Shown one piece after another: positions 58,259 to 64,000 of a DNA stretch of 64,000 nt. This stretch comes from Candidatus Tepidifontimicrobium thermophilum (GTDB lineage Bacteria; Sysuimicrobiota; Sysuimicrobiia; Sysuimicrobiales; Sysuimicrobiaceae). Below the pieces are notes generated by a model. It was not told where the DNA came from. It worked only from the letters and a program-made list of their open reading frames with translations, and searched no databases. Location: the NCBI GenBank assembly GCA_031459915.1, contig JAVKHO010000004.1, positions 120,858 to 184,857 on the forward strand. The letters are read 5' to 3'. Numbering within the stretch: the stretch's first letter is position 1; the number at the start of each line of letters is the position of its first letter. Made by a program: the position numbers and the translations under genes.

Positions 58259-59299
58259 CTACACCTCCTGGGGGTACAGCAGCGCCTTGATGGCCTGCCC
58301 GGACTCCACCGCCTCAAACGCCTCCCGCCACCGGCTCAAGGGGAGCCGGACGTCCAGCAGCGGCGCGGTGCGCACGCGGCCTTCCGCTAGCAGCCGCAGG
58401 GCCAGCACCCAGCTGCTGTGGCGGCTGCTGAAGGAGAACTGTACGTCTACGCCCTTGAACAGGGCCACGTCCCACGGGAAGCTCACTTCACCTTTGCCCG
58501 TGACCCCCAGCTCGCACACCCGCCCCAGCCGCCGCACCAAGTGTGGTGCCAGGGCCACCGCGGCCGGGGAACCCGAGGTCTCCAGGACCACGTCCGCACC
58601 CTGGCCCTCGGTGAGCTCCGCCACCCGGGCCACGGGATCCTCCCGGCCGAGCTCGATGGGAATCCCGCCCAGCTCCTTCGCCGCGGGCAGCCGGCGTTGC
58701 GCGCTTCGGGGCGTCCCCACCACGGCCACCCACGCGGCCCCGCACGCCCTGGCCACCTGCAGGCACAGCAGCCCGATGGGCCCGGGCCCCAGGACCACCA
58801 CCCGCTCCCCTGGCCGGACCGCGGCACGCTCTGCCACCGCGTGTACCGCCACCGCCGTCGGCTCGGTGGCCGCGGCCTCCTCGAAGGAGAGCCCCTCGGG
58901 GATCCGGTGGAGGAGCTCTGCGGGCATGACCAGGTACGGCGCGAACGCCCCGTTCCGGCCGATCCCGGGTGCCCGCTTGTCCGGGCAGATCTGGCGGTTT
59001 CCGGTCCGGCACAGGAAGCACCGGCCGCAGGCCCCCGTGCTGGTCTCCGACACCACCCGGTCGCCGGGCCGGTATCCCTCCACACCCGGCCCCACCTCCG
59101 CCACCACCCCCGCGAACTCGTGCCCCAGGACCACGGGGGGCCAGTACGGGTGCCGGTCGTGGTAGATGTGCACGTCGCTGCCGCACACCGAGGCAGCTTG
59201 GACCTCGATGAGGACCTCTCCCGGACCCGGCCGCGGCTCCGGGACCTCCCGCAGCTCCACCAGTCCCTCGCCCCTTCCGGTCTTCACCAGCGCCCGCAC
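58259..59299 (-). CDS. Zinc-binding sugar/polyol dehydrogenase (MDR family)
   Basis: CGSD, GHEFAG, CGRCFLC..C, EP, GPGPIG. Alternative start at 59308. Confidence 0.9.
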   Translation of the reverse strand: MRALVKTGRGEGLVELREVPEPRPGPGEVLIEVQAASVCGSDVHIYHDRHPYWPPVVLGHEFAGVVAEVGPGVEGYRPGDRVVSETSTGACGRCFLCRTGNRQICPDKRAPGIGRNGAFAPYLVMPAELLHRIPEGLSFEEAAATEPTAVAVHAVAERAAVRPGERVVVLGPGPIGLLCLQVARACGAAWVAVVGTPRSAQRRLPAAKELGGIPIELGREDPVARVAELTEGQGADVVLETSGSPAAVALAPHLVRRLGRVCELGVTGKGEVSFPWDVALFKGVDVQFSFSSRHSSWVLALRLLAEGRVRTAPLLDVRLPLSRWREAFEAVESGQAIKALLYPQEV

Positions 59300-59304
59300 C
59301 TTTC

Positions 59305-60132
59305 TCACCCCTTCACCGCACCCGCGGTGAGCCCCTGGACGAACCACCGCTGCAGCGCTAAGTACAGCACGATGCTGGGCAGCCCGCCGATGAGGGCACC
59401 CGCCATCAGCTCCGGCCAGTTCACGTAGAACTCCTGTACCGTGCGGGCGATGGCCAGGGTGACGGTGACCATCGACTCGCTGTGGGTCAGGGTGGACACC
59501 CAGAGGAGGTCCCCCCACGCCAGCAGGAAGGCGAACAGGGTGGTGGCCACCAGTCCCGGCAACGACAGCGGCAGGACCACACGGAGGAAGATCCCCAGCC
59601 ACCCGCACCCGTCCACGCGGGCGGCCTCGTCCAGCTCCCGGGGCACGGAGTCGATGAAGCCCTTCATCATCCACGTGGCGAAGGGCAGGCAGATGGTGAG
59701 GAAGGCGATCACGAGCCCGGTCCGCGTGTCGTACAGGCCCAGGGCCGACAGCATCCGGAAGTACGGGCCCACCAGCAACACCCCCGGCAGCATCTGGGTG
59801 GTGAGGATGAAGCCCATCAGGAAGGTCCCGGCCCGGAGGGGGAAGCGGGAGAACCCGTACGCGGCCAGGGCGCCCACCGCGCTGGACAGCACGGCTGTGC
59901 TGAGGGAGATCACGGTGCTGTTGAAGAAGTACAGAGCATAGTTCTTCCGGGTCCACATCACCACGAAGGCGTCCAGGGTGGGCTGGTGTGGCCACCACGT
60001 GGACGGGATCCGCAGGGCCTCCTGCTCGGTCTTCAGGGCGGTAACGAGCATCCACCCGAACGGGAACAGGACGTACACGGACAGCAGCAAGAGCGCCGCC
60101 GTCGCCAGCACCGTTCCCGCCCTGCGCCGCAC
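59305..60132 (-). CDS. Carbohydrate ABC transporter permease (MalG-like)
   Basis: ELDEAARVDG EAA loop, QRWFVQGLTAGAVKG. Confidence 0.94.
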   Translation of the reverse strand: MRRRAGTVLATAALLLLSVYVLFPFGWMLVTALKTEQEALRIPSTWWPHQPTLDAFVVMWTRKNYALYFFNSTVISLSTAVLSSAVGALAAYGFSRFPLRAGTFLMGFILTTQMLPGVLLVGPYFRMLSALGLYDTRTGLVIAFLTICLPFATWMMKGFIDSVPRELDEAARVDGCGWLGIFLRVVLPLSLPGLVATTLFAFLLAWGDLLWVSTLTHSESMVTVTLAIARTVQEFYVNWPELMAGALIGGLPSIVLYLALQRWFVQGLTAGAVKG

Positions 60133-60133
60133 G

Positions 60134-61036
60134 TCACTCCTCCTGCATGATCATGCGCACGTAGGGCAAGCTCACCGCGAGCAGCAGGACGGTCATGGCC
60201 ACGGCCATCGCCGAGGCGTATTCGAACCGGTAGAACTGGAAGTACTGCTTGAACACCTGAGTGCTGAGGACCTCCGTGAGGGTTCCGGGGCCTCCGCCCG
60301 TCATGGCCTGCACGAGGCCGAAGCGCCGGACCTCCCAGATGGTATCCAGGGCCAGGGCCACTACCAGGACCTTCCGTAGCCCTGGCAAGGTCACGAACCG
60401 GAACCGGGCCCACGACCCTGCTCCGTCCAAGCTCGCGGCCTCGTACAGGTCCTGGGGGATGCTCTGGAGCCCCGCCAGCAGGATCACCATGACGAAGGGG
60501 AAACCCCGCCACACGTTGGCCAGGATCAGGCTCAGGGGAGCCAGGGAGGGGTGAGTGAGCCACTCCAGCGGCTGGTCGACGAGGCGGCCAGCCATCAGCA
60601 GGTCGTTCAGCACACCGTACAGGGGGTTGAGGATCCACTTCCACACGATCCCCGCCACCACGTCTGGCACCACCCACGGGAGCAACGCCACCACCCGGAA
60701 CAGCCCGCGGGCGGGGACGGTGCCCGCCACCGCCAGGGCCGCCCCCAGCCCCAGAAGCAGGTGGGCGGATACGCTGGCCACCACGAACGCCGCCGTCTGC
60801 CGCACCACCTGCCAGAACAACGGGTCGGACAGCAGCTGCCCGTAGTGCTGCACTCCCAGCTGTCCCCCCGGCAGCGTCACGCTCAGCCGGAGGGTGGTCA
60901 GGGCGGGGTAGACCAGGACCGCTATCAGCAGCACCACCGCGGGGGCCACGAACAGGTAGCCCACGGCGGGCTCCCGGAGCCTCAGGGCCCGCCGTGGGCC
61001 GATCCAGCCAGTGGCGGCACGGCTAACGCCGTGCAA
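60134..61036 (-). CDS. Carbohydrate ABC transporter permease (MalF-like)
   Basis: LAGLQSIP..LYEAASLDGA, TGGGP. Confidence 0.94.
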   Translation of the reverse strand: MHGVSRAATGWIGPRRALRLREPAVGYLFVAPAVVLLIAVLVYPALTTLRLSVTLPGGQLGVQHYGQLLSDPLFWQVVRQTAAFVVASVSAHLLLGLGAALAVAGTVPARGLFRVVALLPWVVPDVVAGIVWKWILNPLYGVLNDLLMAGRLVDQPLEWLTHPSLAPLSLILANVWRGFPFVMVILLAGLQSIPQDLYEAASLDGAGSWARFRFVTLPGLRKVLVVALALDTIWEVRRFGLVQAMTGGGPGTLTEVLSTQVFKQYFQFYRFEYASAMAVAMTVLLLAVSLPYVRMIMQEE

Positions 61037-62324
61037 GGATCCCCTCCACCCGGGTGTGGGCGTCCAGCAGGGCCCGCTCCCACGGTTTCGCGCCCGTGAT
61101 GGCCTCCTGGAGGGCGGTGGCGAACGCGTCGAAGATCTCCGGCCACTCCTTCAGCTGGGGCTCCAGGCGGGCGTGCTGCAGCTCCTGAACGATCACCCGG
61201 GAGAACTTGTCCATCTTGACGAGGGGCAGGAGGTTCACGTCCTTCCGGGACGAGATCACCCGGTTGTCCTCGAAGAACTTCTTCTCGGTCTCCTTGCTGG
61301 TGAGGAACTTGATGAACCTCCACGCGGCCTCCGGGTGGGCGGTGTGCGGGCTCATGATCCAACCCGACAGCCACGCGGCCGTGATACGCCGTCGGCCCGC
61401 GGGGACCGGTGCCGCTTCCAGCACCTCCGCGGCGTTGAGCTGCGGGTTGATGGCGTTCACGATGGGGTAGGTCCACCCGGAGCCGATCTTCATGGCGATG
61501 CGGCGGTGGGCCATCTGGATGCGCACGTCCTGCGGTCCGAAGGTGGTGACCCCGGGTGGCGTCACGCGGTCCACGGTTGCCAACTCCACGATGAACCGGA
61601 ACGCCTCCCGGAACTCCGGGGTGTTCATCGCCGAACGCCGGCCGTCGGGGGTCAGGAAGTCCGCCCCGAAGCTCCACACCATGGGCAGGATCCGCAGGGG
61701 CAGCCCGGGGTTTTTGGAGGCGGGCATGCTGAACCCCCACTGGTCCACGCGTCCGTCGCCGTCGGTGTCGCGGGTCAGGCGCCTGGCGTAGTCCCGGAAT
61801 TCCTCCCACGTGCGGGGGGGCCGGTTGGGGTCCAGGCCCGCGGCCCGGAACAGCTCCCGGTTGTAGATCAGCACCATGGACATGTAGTCCCCGGGCATGG
61901 CCATGAGGCGCCCCTTATACGTGAGGGACTTGATGGGGAACTCGTACCAGCTCTTGAGGAAGTCAGCACCCTCCTTCTGGACGAAGGGCGTCAGGTCCGC
62001 GGCGCATCCGAGTTCGAAGAACATGGCGAGGGAGAAGTTGTGCAGCTTGACCACGTCCGGCATACGCCGGGCCGCGCACTCCGCTTGGTAGCGGGCTTCC
62101 TTCTCCCCGTAGGAGATGGGCTCCGGCACGATGCGGATGCCGGGGTTCCGGCTCTCGAAGATGCGGATGGCTTCCCGCAACGACCGGCCCCACACGGTCT
62201 CCACCAGGTGCCAGTTGGAGAACCGCAACGTCACCACCTCGCCCGCGCGGATCGCGGGAGCGAGCGTCCACACCAGGGCCGCCACGACGGCGACCGCGGC
62301 CAGCCGACCGCCCGAACGCCTCAC
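61023..62324 (-). CDS. Carbohydrate ABC transporter substrate-binding protein
   Basis: Signal peptide, LIYNRELF..PPRTWEEF, DTDGDGRVDQWG. AGGAGGT RBS. Confidence 0.92.
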   Translation of the reverse strand: MRRSGGRLAAVAVVAALVWTLAPAIRAGEVVTLRFSNWHLVETVWGRSLREAIRIFESRNPGIRIVPEPISYGEKEARYQAECAARRMPDVVKLHNFSLAMFFELGCAADLTPFVQKEGADFLKSWYEFPIKSLTYKGRLMAMPGDYMSMVLIYNRELFRAAGLDPNRPPRTWEEFRDYARRLTRDTDGDGRVDQWGFSMPASKNPGLPLRILPMVWSFGADFLTPDGRRSAMNTPEFREAFRFIVELATVDRVTPPGVTTFGPQDVRIQMAHRRIAMKIGSGWTYPIVNAINPQLNAAEVLEAAPVPAGRRRITAAWLSGWIMSPHTAHPEAAWRFIKFLTSKETEKKFFEDNRVISSRKDVNLLPLVKMDKFSRVIVQELQHARLEPQLKEWPEIFDAFATALQEAITGAKPWERALLDAHTRVEGILARR

Positions 62325-62337
62325 GCCCCTCACCTCC

Positions 62338-62381
62338 TGTCCGCTATACGGACATATTGTCCTCTTGGCAAGAACACTATA
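62338..62381 (-). promoter_or_regulatory. Candidate IclR operator and -10 box of the sugar operon
   Basis: Palindrome TGTCCG-CTATA-CGGACA (62338-62354) overlaps GGACA-TAT-TGTCC (62350-62362). TATAGT -10 at 62376-62381 on the minus strand. Confidence 0.6.
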
Positions 62382-62506
62382 CACCCCCGGGCCCGCTCCG
62401 TCCTCCTGCGCTCCGCGGGGTCCGAGGGGGGACTGCCGTGTCCTGCAGGGGCGTCTAAGCCCCGCGCGAAACCCAGCCGGAGAGAACGTGGCGGCGGAGG
62501 TGCCGG

Positions 62507-63307
62507 ATGAGAACCGCCGGGAAGGTGTTCGTGGTCACCGGGGCCGGCAGCGGGCTCGGGCGCGCCCTGACCCTGGAGTTGCTGCGGCGCGGGGCCCGGG
62601 TGTCGGCGGTGGACAAGCGGCCGCAGGGACTGGAGCAGACACGCGCCGAGGCCGGGGATCTGGCTGAACACCTCAGCCTGCACGCTTTAGACATCACCGA
62701 CCAGGGACGGGTAAAGACCCTGCCGGACGAGGTGGAGAGGGCTCACGGCCAGGTGGACGCCCTGGTGAACAACGCGGGAGTCATCCAGCCCTTCCTCCCC
62801 CTGAAGGATCTGGACGAGGAGGCCATCGAGCGGGTGATGCGGGTGAATTTCTACGGCACCCTCTTCATGACCCGCGCCTTCCTGCCGCGGCTTTTGGCCC
62901 GGCCGGAGGCGCACCTGGTGAACGTGGCCAGCATGGGCGGGTTCCTGCCCGTTCCGGGCCAGACCGTGTACGGGGCATCGAAAGCCGCCGTGAAGCTGCT
63001 GACGGAGGGCCTGTGGGCGGAGCTGCAGGGCACGCCCGTGCGGGTCACCCTGGTGCTGCCTGGCGCCATGCGCACGGACATCGCCGCGCACTCTGGGGTC
63101 GAGGTCCCCAAGGCCGTGGGCCGGGCCCACGTCCCTGTCCTGGAGCCCGCGGACGCCGCGCGGATCGTCCTGGACGCGGTAGAACGGGACGCGTTCCGGG
63201 TGCTGGTGGGCCGGGACGCCCGCACCATGGACCTGCTGTACCGCCTGAGCCCCCTTGCCGCGGCGCGGCTCGTTCAGCGGCGGATGGGCTATCTCCTGGC
63301 CCGCTGA
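62507..63307 (+). CDS. Short-chain dehydrogenase/reductase
   Basis: TGAGSGLG, NNAG, ASMGG..YGASK. Confidence 0.92.
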   Translation: MRTAGKVFVVTGAGSGLGRALTLELLRRGARVSAVDKRPQGLEQTRAEAGDLAEHLSLHALDITDQGRVKTLPDEVERAHGQVDALVNNAGVIQPFLPLKDLDEEAIERVMRVNFYGTLFMTRAFLPRLLARPEAHLVNVASMGGFLPVPGQTVYGASKAAVKLLTEGLWAELQGTPVRVTLVLPGAMRTDIAAHSGVEVPKAVGRAHVPVLEPADAARIVLDAVERDAFRVLVGRDARTMDLLYRLSPLAAARLVQRRMGYLLAR

Positions 63308-63337
63308 AAGCCGCCACCGGGATGTGCGTCCCCGGGG

Positions 63338-63931
63338 TCAGACATCGAGGCCGCGTTCCCGCAGGCCCGCCCGGAACGCCTCGGTGGCCCGGGCTGCCGC
63401 CCCGCTCAACAGCCGGGCGTCGGACCCCAGGGCGATGAAGCGGAAGCCCTGGTCCACCCGCGCCAGGGCGTCCTCGGGCCCCGTGCACATCACCCCCGCG
63501 GCCTTCCCGTGCCGGCGGGCCGCGTCGAGGACCCGGTCCACCGCGCGGCGGAACTCCTCTGATTCCAGGTCCCGCCACCGCTGCAGGTTCGCCGACAGGT
63601 CGTTGGGTCCCACGAACAGGACGTCCACCCCTTCCACCCCTGCGATCTCGTGCACGGACTCCACCGCCTGAAGCGTCTCCACCTGGCAGGCGATGAGCAC
63701 CTCGCGGTTCCACGTGGAGAAGTACTCCGGCAACGTCGCACCGTAGCCGCTCGCGCGGGTCCCCGCAACGCCCCGAATGCCGTCCGGCGGGTACCGGCAG
63801 GCGGCCACCACCCGTCGGGCCTCCTCCGCGCTGCCGACCAGGGGCACCACCACGCCCCACGGGCCCCTGTCCAGGGCACGCTTCAGGACAGGCGCTTCCC
63901 CCGAGGGGACCCGCACCAGCGGCACCACGCA
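63338..63931 (-). pseudogene. HpcH/HpaI-family aldolase, apparently lacking its N-terminus
   Basis: PLVRVP..KRALD.G..VP, RYPP.G.RG, QVET, LFVGPNDLS. The 24 upstream in-frame codons do not resemble the expected DxEH region. Confidence 0.6.
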
Positions 63932-64000
63932 GGCAGCCTCATGACGCCCGACTGTATTACGGTTCGTCCGGACCTCACCGCCGCTGAGGCGCTCGCGGTG
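63929..64000 (+). other. CBS-domain (MgtE-like) coding fragment running off the right edge
   Basis: The + frame reads AGSLMTPDCITVRPDLTAAEALAV, a typical entry into a CBS pair. Confidence 0.55.

Overview
A very GC-rich bacterial chromosome segment, probably from a thermophile or a deep-branching Terrabacteria lineage. That placement is inferred from SLH domains, a CIRCE element, cdaA-cdaR-glmM, a glmS ribozyme and an archaeal-type FBP aldolase/phosphatase. The backbone is mostly housekeeping genes on the minus strand: ppc-argF-cdaA-cdaR-glmM-vanZ-like, [glmS ribozyme]-fbp-glmS-trm112-like-acpS-nnr-alr-pxpBC, and lig-nfeD-tsaE-tsaB-rimI-tsaD, then groES-groEL. Interspersed are a type IV pilus motor locus, a Liv-type ABC transporter with an acyl-CoA ligase, a MNT-HEPN pair, a CmtR-like/P1B-ATPase metal module and an IclR-regulated sugar(-acid) catabolic cluster. 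Four observations stand out. (1) A divergent full-length DnaB-family ATPase is the first gene of a dnaB-like-pilT-pilC unit, divergent from a TPR/MshEN-PilB, and the PilT carries a ~30-aa insertion. (2) A complete c-di-GMP-I riboswitch has its own promoter and terminator but no sense gene, and points antisense into the pilB-headed gene run. (3) The first gene after the glmS ribozyme is FBP aldolase/phosphatase rather than glmS. (4) There is an apparent rearrangement junction at the right edge. No tRNA, rRNA, CRISPR array or transposase was recognised. All calls come from reading motifs by eye; no searches were run.
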